DNA of 29,934 nucleotides, taken from NCBI GenBank assembly GCA_038883715.1, contig JAVZLS010000015.1:1-29934 (forward strand). Direction: 5' to 3'. Below, piece by piece: positions 17,560-26,517 of the stretch. The notes under the pieces are model-generated. The model was not told the DNA's origin and searched no databases. It was given only the letters and a program-made list of their open reading frames with translations. The stretch's first letter is position 1; each line of letters starts with the position of its first letter. This DNA is from Candidatus Bathyarchaeia archaeon. Its GTDB lineage: Archaea > Thermoproteota > Bathyarchaeia > Bathyarchaeales > Bathycorpusculaceae. The translations under genes and the position numbers were made by a program.

Positions 17560-17718
17560 TCCTCTTTTTCGGGGACCTATCATCGCGAGACGCTTTAACG
17601 GGGGCTAATCCCCATTTTAGTCCCCCGGACGCCAGCACATTTAACGTGCCCCAGCGTCAAGGCACGGGTTAGGCCGGCCTAACCACATGGACTATTCTAA
17701 ACACCAATAGCCTAACCA
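17560..17718 (-). promoter_or_regulatory. Structured 5' leader (candidate cis-regulatory RNA) of the TasA/SipW operon
   Basis: Four consecutive hairpins (17690-17712, 17667-17684, 17628-17658, 17599-17627) with alternative pairing partners at 17589-17594 and 17571-17577. Confidence 0.55.
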
Positions 17719-17780
17719 AAATATAATGGAAAAAAGGAATTTGAAATAAGCGTTACGAAGATTTTTTCTAGAAAATTCCT

Positions 17781-18899
17781 CTAGTCAGACAAGCGTTTCC
17801 TATCGTTACATATGTGCTTGCTGCAGACCAGAAATGGAATAGTCAACAAAATGAATATTCCAAGTAGCATGAAATAGCCAAAATAATTCTCCTCGGCGAT
17901 AAGAAGAACTGTGGGCACGAGATTGACTATTCTTCCAAGCATTAAGCCCACCTCCATTAGAACTAGGATGCTTGCATAATGTTCTCGACTGAAGGAGTTT
18001 CCATAGTGGGCGAACCATGAAATGGTAAAGGCGCTTGCCAAACCAGACAAGGCGGATAAAAGCACTATCTGCTGTGGTGCGGTGGCATGCCCTATTAGGA
18101 AAAACCATACAGCGTTTAGCACAACGCCTATCACGGCGAATTCAACACGTCTCATCTTGACGTCTGAAAGCCAGTTAACCAGAAAAGTTATGGCGGAAAC
18201 CACAAGGCTTGTTAAGGCTAGGACAAAACCCATCCTGGAAGTTGTTTCAGAAATCCTGTTAATGAAAAGGGGATAAGCCAACCAATAGGCCTCGGACATA
18301 CCAAAAATTATGAAAGTTATGAAGAAAATGGAGATTCTACGCCCCCTTGGGATTAACAAACCATGAGCCTCACGTCTAAACTTCACTCGCGTAAAAAAGA
18401 TTAAAGCAGCAAAATAAAGAGCCACACACAAGCCCAGAAGAATTGGAAAACCAAAATTTTCTATGATTAAGCCGCCAACCGCTGGACCGGCAATGCTAGC
18501 AATTGATGGAATTATTATGGAGAATAGACTTACTGAACGTGCCCTGACGGTGGACTCGCTTAACCTAAACTGTAGGAGATTGAAGCTTGGCCAAAAAGTG
18601 GCTATGCCCAACCCATAAGTGACGCCCAAAACCACCGGATTTTTAACATAAATTAGAAGTGTGTAGAAAACCATTGTGAAGAGCACGCCGAAGCATATCA
18701 CCCGCTCAAAATTTCTAACAAACCTAAGCAGAGTTATGGGTAAAAGCCCAATTATCGTGAAGGTGACCAGTAGCAAAACCGCTATTTGGCTAATGCTCAG
18801 TCCAAGTGTCACGTAGTAGACTGGCAGGAACATGCTTGTCATGTTGCTGGAAAAGAAGTATATGAAGGAAGCAACCCCAAGATTTTCAAAATCTCCCAT
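17781..18899 (-). CDS. MFS transporter
   Basis: 372 aa with about 12 transmembrane segments; IAGPAVGGLI and WLSDVKMRR are MFS-like motifs. Confidence 0.8.
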   Translation of the reverse strand: MGDFENLGVASFIYFFSSNMTSMFLPVYYVTLGLSISQIAVLLLVTFTIIGLLPITLLRFVRNFERVICFGVLFTMVFYTLLIYVKNPVVLGVTYGLGIATFWPSFNLLQFRLSESTVRARSVSLFSIIIPSIASIAGPAVGGLIIENFGFPILLGLCVALYFAALIFFTRVKFRREAHGLLIPRGRRISIFFITFIIFGMSEAYWLAYPLFINRISETTSRMGFVLALTSLVVSAITFLVNWLSDVKMRRVEFAVIGVVLNAVWFFLIGHATAPQQIVLLSALSGLASAFTISWFAHYGNSFSREHYASILVLMEVGLMLGRIVNLVPTVLLIAEENYFGYFMLLGIFILLTIPFLVCSKHICNDRKRLSD

Positions 18900-18928
18900 A
18901 TGACTTGAAGCACTCTCATCGTTTGAAC

Positions 18929-19441
18929 CTATTCAAGCAGCTTACTATACCAAATGTAGGTTTGGCTCTGCTTGAAACCAAGCTTCTCCATGAAACGCAT
19001 ACCAGCCAAATTCGTGCCCTCCACGTCAACTATGGCTATTCGGGCACCCTTCTCCTTGAAACGTTTTTCCAACTCGCGGTAAAGCCTCCTTCCAACGCCC
19101 TGCCGACGCCGCATACGCTTAACACCAGCCCAAACAAAATAGCCATAAGTCCAAGGACTAAAAGGACGCCTCAAAATAGTGCCAAGGGCAAAACCAACAA
19201 TCCTCTTTGAGGCAACATCCTCAGCCACAAGGCATAGTTCCGGATCCTCCTGAAAAAGGGAAAGCAGCTCATTAACATTCCAAGTGCGATAAGTGAACTG
19301 CAACTGCGAAGGCGTAAAAATCTTCTCACTTAAACGCCAAACCTCTGGCAAATCTTCTAAGGTCATCTGCCTAACCTCAATTTCAATCCGCCATTTCTTG
19401 GCATGTTTACGCTTATGCTTTGAAACTGATTTTTTAGCCAA
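18929..19441 (-). CDS. GNAT family N-acetyltransferase
   Basis: Acetyl-CoA loop V....RRQGVGRRL and N.AG.RF.EKLGF. Confidence 0.9.
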   Translation of the reverse strand: MAKKSVSKHKRKHAKKWRIEIEVRQMTLEDLPEVWRLSEKIFTPSQLQFTYRTWNVNELLSLFQEDPELCLVAEDVASKRIVGFALGTILRRPFSPWTYGYFVWAGVKRMRRRQGVGRRLYRELEKRFKEKGARIAIVDVEGTNLAGMRFMEKLGFKQSQTYIWYSKLLE

Positions 19442-19586
19442 CTCTGCTCCTTCAAAAACTAGAATTTGAGTAGATGAGCGATATAAAACATTCCAAAAAT
19501 ATAGAGAGGCTATCGGCTATTGGCTTTTTCTGGCTCCAAAAAATGTTTTTACCCGCTGAACCCATAATCTTGAGTTTGGTGATCGA

Positions 19587-21494
19587 GTGCAGCTTTCCCC
19601 ATTGAGCGACGCTGTTAGGCGAACATGCAACATACTAAAACAAGGAGCCACAATGCAAGTTTTAGACTATGAAAAGCGTTTCTCATCACTAAAAACCTTC
19701 TACGAAAGCCTCCTCTCAAACCTAATAAAAACAGATTTCCCCACAAAAGAAGCCTACGAAACGGCAAAAGAATTCTTCGGCGCCACGTCCGTCCGCTTTG
19801 CTGGCATAGATGGAACCATGTACTCGCGTCCCCTCTTCGACCTAGTAGTCTTCTTCGGAGGAGCCTACGCCTCAACGGGAACAATAACCCTCCACGAGGA
19901 CAAACCACCAGAAGTCAAGTATGACGAGCGAACAGCCAAGCACGGCGCTGGCATATCAAGCGTGGTGCCGATTTATGTGAACGAAATTCCAGACGTGGAC
20001 CAAACATTCTTTGAGGTTTCACAACCAGACGAAGTTAGCCTTGGAAAACCCCTAACAGAAGAGTCGATAATAAACAATGCAACTGTGGCTAACTGGATAA
20101 TGACCTTCGCCGAATACTATTTGGCTTATAAGCTCGCCACAGACAACGAACAAAAGGTTCGAATAATCCTAATGGATAGAAGCCTATCCATAGAACGCGC
20201 AAGCCTCCTCTACGATACTTCGAAGCGAGCCCTATGGGAAGCAAAAAGCAACATCCTAGGCTACAAAATAGACGGAGAATCCATAGACACAAATGAACTA
20301 ACAATAGCAAGGCACTTTGTCTGCAACACGCATCTAGGCTTGCCACCACCAAGGGCAGACTACATACACCACGCCATAATAGACCTCCTAAAACGCAAAG
20401 GTTCATTGACAAAGAAGCAGATACTAGCAGAATTCGGCATAAAAGACGAAAAACGAGCGAAAAGAGTGGAGCGAAGCCTAAAAAGCCTAATAAAAAGGGG
20501 CTTCCTAAACGAGAAAAGCGAAATCTACACACTAAACAGCAAGTATGCACGGACTTGGGAAAGAATAAAAAAGCTTGTGAAAAACATAGGCGACAGATTC
20601 TTCTTCACAGAAAACCCAGAAACAGCAAACCTAATGAAAATTGTCAAAGACGGAAAAGAACACTGGCTCACAACCCTAGACATAGCCTTCTTAACACTTT
20701 TCACACTGCACATGCTAATGGAAGAATGCTGGAATAGGCGCATACTCCTAATAGGCGTCACAAAAGACACAGCAGCAAGAGACTTCAAACGCCAACTAAT
20801 CCCGATAATGGGCAACAACGACTTGCTAAACGCAAACATCACAAGCGAAGAGCTTGAAAAACTACCCAACACAGACCGCATGATCCTCCAATCAGCAAGC
20901 ATCCTAAACGCCGAAAAAATAACGCCACCATGGAGCCTAATAGAGTATGATTCAGCCTTCAGAACAATGGTGCCCGACAAACAAAAAAGGAAAGGCTACG
21001 TTTCAGGAGCCATAAAAAACAAGATAGGCTTAGAAAAAGTCTTCTTAAAAACTTACGTACAGCTAAGCCAAGCAAAAACAGACCCAATGCTACGGAGCAA
21101 CGTCCTCCTAGTAGACCGCCTCGCTTACCCAGAATACGATTACAAACCAGAAAACATCGTGGAATTTTGGAACGAACTCAGCGACGGAACAAAAGAACCA
21201 GTAGAAGTAATCCTATACATAGACAAAAACGTGCCAAATAAGCTGCAAAACCTAACCATGAACGTCTTGGTGGCCATGGCGCCGTCAAACATACCAGAAG
21301 CCTTCGGCCACAACACACCACTATTCATAGCGGACAAAATTGCCAAGTGGAACTACAGCCAATTCAAAAGAGTCGTGGACACAACAGCCGAGTGGATCCT
21401 CAATAACCATAAATTAAGAAGATTCATATTCTATATGAGCACTTTCAGAGAGAGGCGAACAGCCATTGAAGCCGCAAGGAGAGAACAAATTTAA
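19587..21494 (+). CDS. nurA: NurA-family nuclease, enlarged, with an internal winged-helix insertion
   Basis: RNase H-like NurA motifs AGIDGT, TFAEY, ILMDRSL, LIGVTKD and GHNTPLFIADKIAK; overlaps herA. Confidence 0.75.
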   Translation: MQLSPLSDAVRRTCNILKQGATMQVLDYEKRFSSLKTFYESLLSNLIKTDFPTKEAYETAKEFFGATSVRFAGIDGTMYSRPLFDLVVFFGGAYASTGTITLHEDKPPEVKYDERTAKHGAGISSVVPIYVNEIPDVDQTFFEVSQPDEVSLGKPLTEESIINNATVANWIMTFAEYYLAYKLATDNEQKVRIILMDRSLSIERASLLYDTSKRALWEAKSNILGYKIDGESIDTNELTIARHFVCNTHLGLPPPRADYIHHAIIDLLKRKGSLTKKQILAEFGIKDEKRAKRVERSLKSLIKRGFLNEKSEIYTLNSKYARTWERIKKLVKNIGDRFFFTENPETANLMKIVKDGKEHWLTTLDIAFLTLFTLHMLMEECWNRRILLIGVTKDTAARDFKRQLIPIMGNNDLLNANITSEELEKLPNTDRMILQSASILNAEKITPPWSLIEYDSAFRTMVPDKQKRKGYVSGAIKNKIGLEKVFLKTYVQLSQAKTDPMLRSNVLLVDRLAYPEYDYKPENIVEFWNELSDGTKEPVEVILYIDKNVPNKLQNLTMNVLVAMAPSNIPEAFGHNTPLFIADKIAKWNYSQFKRVVDTTAEWILNNHKLRRFIFYMSTFRERRTAIEAARREQI

Positions 21495-23352
21495 CAACCT
21501 ATGCTTCACAGATTTTGACGGAAAGTTTAGGGCTAGACTAGCCGCCGTCATGCCCCGCTTCTTCGGAGGAGCAGAAGAGTCCAAGCTGGCTGGAACAAGC
21601 GCCCGCTACAGCTGCCGAATAAAAGTGGAATACCAAAAAGACTTGATGGGCCTGTTGGAGGAAGGCATGCTCCTTGCCACAAAAAACTTCAAACAGACGC
21701 TTCTAGGCGAGGAACGCTACACGCTTATGGAAATAAGCCGAGTATGGCCCGAACACTTCGGCTTAAGAGGATTGTCGGACCATGGCTATTACCCCATGCA
21801 ATTTGAAATCATCGAGCAGTCAGAAGCGGATTGGCAGACAGACGACCGCTCCACCATGATGATTCAGATAGACGCCATACCAATAAACTATGACTTGGTT
21901 ATAGGTGGAAACTGCGACTACAAGTTTGTTAAGGGCTTCTCCTACCCGGTGGTGGGCAGTCCAGTTTACATCCTAAACGGTGAAATGATAAACCGCATGT
22001 ACAACCAAAAAATAACCGAAAAGCTCGGCGTAGACCCATCAAAAACTGTGGAAGACGCAAGGCTTGACCCTAGGCTCGGAGTTGTAAAAATGTTCCAGAC
22101 AAGCAGCACGGTAATACCCATATACGTGGATTTTGAGAAGCTTGTCCGCTACCATTTTGGAGTTTTCGCCTTTACTGGCGGCGGAAAAAGCAATCTAATG
22201 TCAAACATTTTGAGGCGAATTTTGCTCCACACAGACGACGTGAAAATTGTGGTTTTTGACATAAGCTGCGAATACATATTCCTACTCCTCGACCTTCTCG
22301 CGGACGAGAAGATTCCATCGAAGGTTATCCTCGAACATAGGATAGACTCCATTGAACAGTTCTTCAACTCCGTTGTCAAACCAAGGGAGTATGAAGCTGA
22401 CGAGAGAATAAAGTTTGGACTCAAATGCATAATGGAACAAGACAAAGTGGCATTTTACACCAGACCGAAACAGAAGATCCCAACATACGCCCAGTTCTTG
22501 GAAGAGTTAAGCGACCAACGGAAAAGCAACACGGACAAACCCCATTATTTAAACGCCATAGACAGAATCCACGACGCCATACTTGACTACATGGAGACGC
22601 ATGGGCTCAGCGAAAACCAAGAAGTAAGCGAAGACTTCGTCAAATACATAGATGGCATCTGTATAGCAACAATGGAAGAGTTCAGAGTTCATGATAAAAG
22701 CGCGTTGTACGCTTGGGCAACAACAAGAACCACCATCCTCGACCAGATAAGGAAACGCCAAGAAGAAATAAAAAAGGAGACGGGTGGACTAACAGCCGAA
22801 AAAATACGGGAACTTTTAGAAGGCGACACACGGCTCGTGTGCATTTCCATATCAGACCCAACGACAATAAAAGAACTTGTCATAACTTTAACCCACGATT
22901 TGCTTATCCGAAGAAAACGCATGTTCCAAGTGAAGCCCTACATCCTCCTAGTCTTTGATGAAGCCCAAGAGTTTATACCGGAGCTTTCTGGCGCAGCGGG
23001 CATAGAAAAGAAATGCAGCAAGCAAGTGGAAACCCTCCTCAGACAAGGACGAAAATATGGTTTAGGCGTATGTATAGCCACACAACGCATAGCCTACCTG
23101 AACACCAACGCCCTACAACAGCTCCACACATATTTTGTTGGTACGCTGCCCCGCCCATACGACCGCGCCTTGATAAGCGACACCTTCATGATAGACAAGG
23201 GCATACTCGAAAAAACATTGGAGTTCGCGCCAGGCGAGTGGCTCCTTTCAAGCTACATAGCCACAGGAATAGAAAACGTGCCCATATTCATAAAAGCAGA
23301 CAACGCAGAAAAGGAGATAGAAAAATTCCTTAAAATGCCATTTAACCATTAA
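21466..23352 (+). CDS. herA: HerA-family ATPase / DNA translocase
   Basis: Walker A HFGVFAFTGGGKSN, Walker B LLVFDEAQ, arginine finger RQGRKYG and ATQR; HAS-barrel-like N-terminus. Start codon uncertain. Confidence 0.88.
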   Translation: MKPQGENKFNNLCFTDFDGKFRARLAAVMPRFFGGAEESKLAGTSARYSCRIKVEYQKDLMGLLEEGMLLATKNFKQTLLGEERYTLMEISRVWPEHFGLRGLSDHGYYPMQFEIIEQSEADWQTDDRSTMMIQIDAIPINYDLVIGGNCDYKFVKGFSYPVVGSPVYILNGEMINRMYNQKITEKLGVDPSKTVEDARLDPRLGVVKMFQTSSTVIPIYVDFEKLVRYHFGVFAFTGGGKSNLMSNILRRILLHTDDVKIVVFDISCEYIFLLLDLLADEKIPSKVILEHRIDSIEQFFNSVVKPREYEADERIKFGLKCIMEQDKVAFYTRPKQKIPTYAQFLEELSDQRKSNTDKPHYLNAIDRIHDAILDYMETHGLSENQEVSEDFVKYIDGICIATMEEFRVHDKSALYAWATTRTTILDQIRKRQEEIKKETGGLTAEKIRELLEGDTRLVCISISDPTTIKELVITLTHDLLIRRKRMFQVKPYILLVFDEAQEFIPELSGAAGIEKKCSKQVETLLRQGRKYGLGVCIATQRIAYLNTNALQQLHTYFVGTLPRPYDRALISDTFMIDKGILEKTLEFAPGEWLLSSYIATGIENVPIFIKADNAEKEIEKFLKMPFNH

Positions 23353-23509
23353 ATCAGGATAAGAAAGTTATCCGCTAACATGGAAGACTCTGGAGAGACT
23401 GCCAAAACAAGTAATGATTAGCGATAGAAACAGGAGAAGTGTTGCAGTTTAGGCTTTGGATGAGGGTTAATTTTATTTTGCTCAATTCTCTTCATTCTTA
23501 TTGGTTGTT

Positions 23510-23950
23510 ATGTTTTCAGAAAAAGAGGCGAATTTTCTTCGATCTGAAAGAGTTGCACGGATGGCAACAATTGACCCTACGACAAAAATACCTCACGTTG
23601 TTCCTGTATGTTTTGTATTTGATGGCAAGGATATTTACACGTCGCTTTATGCAGGGAGTAAAAGACTTAGAAACGTAGAGAATGGAAGCAAGGTCGCATT
23701 ACTAATTGATAAATATGTGGAGGAAAATAACGAATGGAAAGTTCTTAGTGGGCTCTTGATATATGGTAAAATCATCATCCTAACCTTCCATAGAAACGAA
23801 AAAGAGTTTATGTATGGCTGGAAACTGCTAATACAGAAATATCCTCAATACAAGCATTGGGCAGACTCTGACCTTAAACCTAAAGACCCTGACAAAAGAA
23901 GAATAGTTAGAATGCGACCTTCAAAGATCGTCCGCTGGGGTTTCAGCTAA
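23510..23950 (+). CDS. Pyridoxamine 5'-phosphate oxidase-like (PPOX class, possibly F420-dependent) protein
   Basis: Pattern RVARMAT...PHVVPVCF...KRLRNV...VALLIDKY. Confidence 0.8.
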   Translation: MFSEKEANFLRSERVARMATIDPTTKIPHVVPVCFVFDGKDIYTSLYAGSKRLRNVENGSKVALLIDKYVEENNEWKVLSGLLIYGKIIILTFHRNEKEFMYGWKLLIQKYPQYKHWADSDLKPKDPDKRRIVRMRPSKIVRWGFS

Positions 23951-24026
23951 ATACATACATTTTTCTTCATAGCCTTTAGTAATTCAGTTGCTAACGTCCA
24001 CATTTCCTTCGAATTTTAAAGCTTAG

Positions 24027-24983
24027 CTATTCCGCATTTTTGAGGAGCTTCTGCCATCTCAAGTCCGTTATTCGCTGTATTTCGTCTATAAGCTTCTCGT
24101 ATTTCGGTGTGAACAAGTGTCTAAAGCGTCCTTGAACCGCCAAATATTCTTTTACTGGCTTTTTCTTTTGAGGAGCCATTGCTATGACCTTGCTGGGTGC
24201 TGAAAGCTGGTATTCGCCGTTTATACACTCCCAAAGTGGAAAGACACATGTTTCCACCGCTAGGCGGGAAAGCTCTATGGATTTTGATGGGTCGCTTCTC
24301 CAACCGCGGGGACATGGCGCGAAAACATGGAGGAAGGCTGGTCCCTCCACCTCTAAGCCTTTCCGCACTTTTGTTATTAGGTCCCGCCAATAGTAGGGCG
24401 ACGCCGTAGCCACATATGGGATTTCATGTGCCACCATTATTTCGGCTATTGGCTTTTTGGGCTCAAGCTTTCCTGGTATAACTTCGCCTGCTGGTGATGT
24501 GGTTGTGGATGCGCCTAGGGGTGTTCCGCCGCTTCTTTGTATGCCGGTGTTCATGTACGCCTCATTATCGTATAGCACAAAGAGGAAGTCGTGTCCTCTT
24601 TCAACCGCTCCGGAAAGGGCTTGTATGCCTATGTCGTAGGTGCCGCCGTCACCGGCTATCGCGATAATGTCTACATGCTCATACTTGATTCTTCCCTTCT
24701 TCTTCAGCATCTTTATGGCGGTTTCTATGCCAGAAGCGTTTGCTGCAGCATTCTCAAATGCTGTGTGAAGCCATGGAACAGCCCAAGAAGTGTAGGGATA
24801 AATTGTTGAGACAACTTCCATGCATCCAGTAGCCTGCGTAACAATGGTTGGTCCCCTCAAGGCTTTCATTATAAGCCTCATAACCGTTGCCGGGGCACAA
24901 CCAGCACACGCCCTATGCCCAGACATGAATAGGTCTGGCTTTTCAACTATGTCTCTAGCCGTAAACTTCCACTCACTCTGCAC
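24027..24983 (-). CDS. porB: Pyruvate/2-oxoacid:ferredoxin oxidoreductase beta subunit
   Basis: Motifs GHRACAGC, TPP-binding GDGGTYDIG...DNEAYMNTG and CPRGW. Confidence 0.92.
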   Translation of the reverse strand: MQSEWKFTARDIVEKPDLFMSGHRACAGCAPATVMRLIMKALRGPTIVTQATGCMEVVSTIYPYTSWAVPWLHTAFENAAANASGIETAIKMLKKKGRIKYEHVDIIAIAGDGGTYDIGIQALSGAVERGHDFLFVLYDNEAYMNTGIQRSGGTPLGASTTTSPAGEVIPGKLEPKKPIAEIMVAHEIPYVATASPYYWRDLITKVRKGLEVEGPAFLHVFAPCPRGWRSDPSKSIELSRLAVETCVFPLWECINGEYQLSAPSKVIAMAPQKKKPVKEYLAVQGRFRHLFTPKYEKLIDEIQRITDLRWQKLLKNAE

Positions 24984-24995
24984 ATTTTTCGCCTC

Positions 24996-26228
24996 CTACT
25001 CTCTTAAACCAACATATTTTACGGGGGTTTCAACACATTTTTTCGCCACAATCTCTTGAAGGTCCTTGTATATTTCGCGGATTTGCATGGGGCTTGTGTC
25101 CCTTCCGCCAAGTCCGTAAATGTAGTTCACAACGAACGGCTTCTTGTCCAATTCGTAAAGTGCATGGCGAACCTCGTGGAAAACAGCGCCGCCGAAACCT
25201 CCAAAACTCATGCTCTTGTCCATGACGGCTACCGCCTTAACATGTTTGAGAGCCTCTCTTATGCCGTCAACCGGCAGCGGTCTGAAAGTCCGCATTCGCA
25301 GTAGTCCAGCTTTAACGCCTTCAGCCCTCAACTCGTCCACGACGGTTTTCACTGTTCCAGCTGTTGAGCCTAGGCAGACTATGGCTATTTCAGCATCCTC
25401 AAGAAAGTATGGGTCCAGCAAGCCGTCGCCATAGCTTCTGCCACTGATTTTCGCATATTCATCATGCACTTCTCGGATGACCCTAAGCGCGTTTTTCATG
25501 GCTTCCTCCTGCTGCCTCTTAAACTCGAAATAGTAGTTTGGAAAAGCCAAAGGTCCCATAGTCATAGGGTTTTCTGGGTCCAATTTTAGAGGAGCCATCT
25601 TCTCCTCATGAGTCAGCACTAACGGAAATTGGCGTACACCGACAAACTTTTTCACAACATCGTCTGGAAGAACATTAACATTTTCTACCGAGTGGCTCAG
25701 CTGAAATCCATCGAGGCAGACCATAGCTGGTAAAAGCACTTCTGGGTGTTCAGCTATGCGGAAAGCCTGAATAACAGAGTCGTAAACCTCTTGGGCGTTT
25801 TCAGCGTAGATTTGTATCCATCCGCTGTCCCTCTGCGCCATCGTGTCGGACTGGTCTCCGTGAATGTTTATTGGCGCTGAGAGGGCTCTGTTGGCTATCG
25901 CCATAACTACTGGTGCACGGCAGCCAGAAGTAACAAAGAGCATTTCATGCATGAGCGCCAAGCCAGCAGAAGCCGAAGCTGTGAAGGTTCTAGCTCCGGT
26001 AAGCGAGGCTGCAAGGCAAGCGGTTAGGGCGCTGTGCTCAGACTCTGTGCAGACGAAGGCTGTTTCAACTTCGCCGTTGGCTACGTACTCGCTGAACCTC
26101 TCAACAATTATGGTTTGAGGCGTGATTGGGTAGGCGGCGACAACATCCACATCTGACTGCTTAACAGCGTAGGCGACAGCCTCATCCCCGTTTAAGGCTA
26201 AAGTCTTTTGTTCAACAACACTTTTCAT
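24996..26228 (-). CDS. porA: Pyruvate/2-oxoacid:ferredoxin oxidoreductase alpha subunit
   Basis: Motifs AYPITPQT, ESEHSA, NRALSAPINIH and YGLGGRD. ATG 26228 follows GAGGTG. Confidence 0.92.
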   Translation of the reverse strand: MKSVVEQKTLALNGDEAVAYAVKQSDVDVVAAYPITPQTIIVERFSEYVANGEVETAFVCTESEHSALTACLAASLTGARTFTASASAGLALMHEMLFVTSGCRAPVVMAIANRALSAPINIHGDQSDTMAQRDSGWIQIYAENAQEVYDSVIQAFRIAEHPEVLLPAMVCLDGFQLSHSVENVNVLPDDVVKKFVGVRQFPLVLTHEEKMAPLKLDPENPMTMGPLAFPNYYFEFKRQQEEAMKNALRVIREVHDEYAKISGRSYGDGLLDPYFLEDAEIAIVCLGSTAGTVKTVVDELRAEGVKAGLLRMRTFRPLPVDGIREALKHVKAVAVMDKSMSFGGFGGAVFHEVRHALYELDKKPFVVNYIYGLGGRDTSPMQIREIYKDLQEIVAKKCVETPVKYVGLRE

Positions 26229-26238
26229 TATCCACACC

Positions 26239-26517
26239 TCACTCAAGCTTCATCTCTATGGCTTTTGTTGGGCATTCGTTGGCGCATATCCCACAGCCCT
26301 TGCAGTAGTTGTAGTCAAATTCTATATCCTCCTTTTCTGACCTCCAGCGGATAGCTCCGTCGGGACAGAATATGGCGCACAACAAGCATTTTGTGCACTT
26401 CTCTAAGTCCCGAATAGGCTTGTAAGTTTTCCAGTCACCGGTCAAGAATTCCGTGTTGGGCTTCCAGCATACGGCGGCTATGGAAATTTCCTTCCAGCCT
26501 TTTTCTTGAGATGTCAT
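26239..26517 (-). CDS. porD: Pyruvate/2-oxoacid:ferredoxin oxidoreductase delta subunit
   Basis: Motifs TGDWK..P, CTKCLLCAIFCP and YCKGCGICANECP. Confidence 0.92.
   Translation of the reverse strand: MTSQEKGWKEISIAAVCWKPNTEFLTGDWKTYKPIRDLEKCTKCLLCAIFCPDGAIRWRSEKEDIEFDYNYCKGCGICANECPTKAIEMKLE

Noticed and set aside
17539-17583. N-terminal extension MIGPRKRGEGRGDAE of the first TasA-like ORF, or a leader peptide
   Set aside because: It is the purine-rich RBS region. ATG 17538 has a GAGGTGA RBS and aligns with the paralogue start.
17560-17690. Assignment of the leader to the c-di-AMP (ydaO) or c-di-GMP-II riboswitch class
   Set aside because: Only fragments resemble them (GGGGGAC...UGGGG; GGGCAC/GUGC). 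The GCYGAAUC start and the kink-turn elements are absent, so the leader is left unassigned.
22147-22200. Walker A of HerA starting with Ala instead of Gly
   Set aside because: AxTGxGKS is normal for archaeal HerA and is not a sign of inactivation.
23353-23500. GGATAA/TTATCC inverted repeat and a tiny ORF after herA
   Set aside because: The 6-bp arms and 13-codon ORF are within chance expectation.
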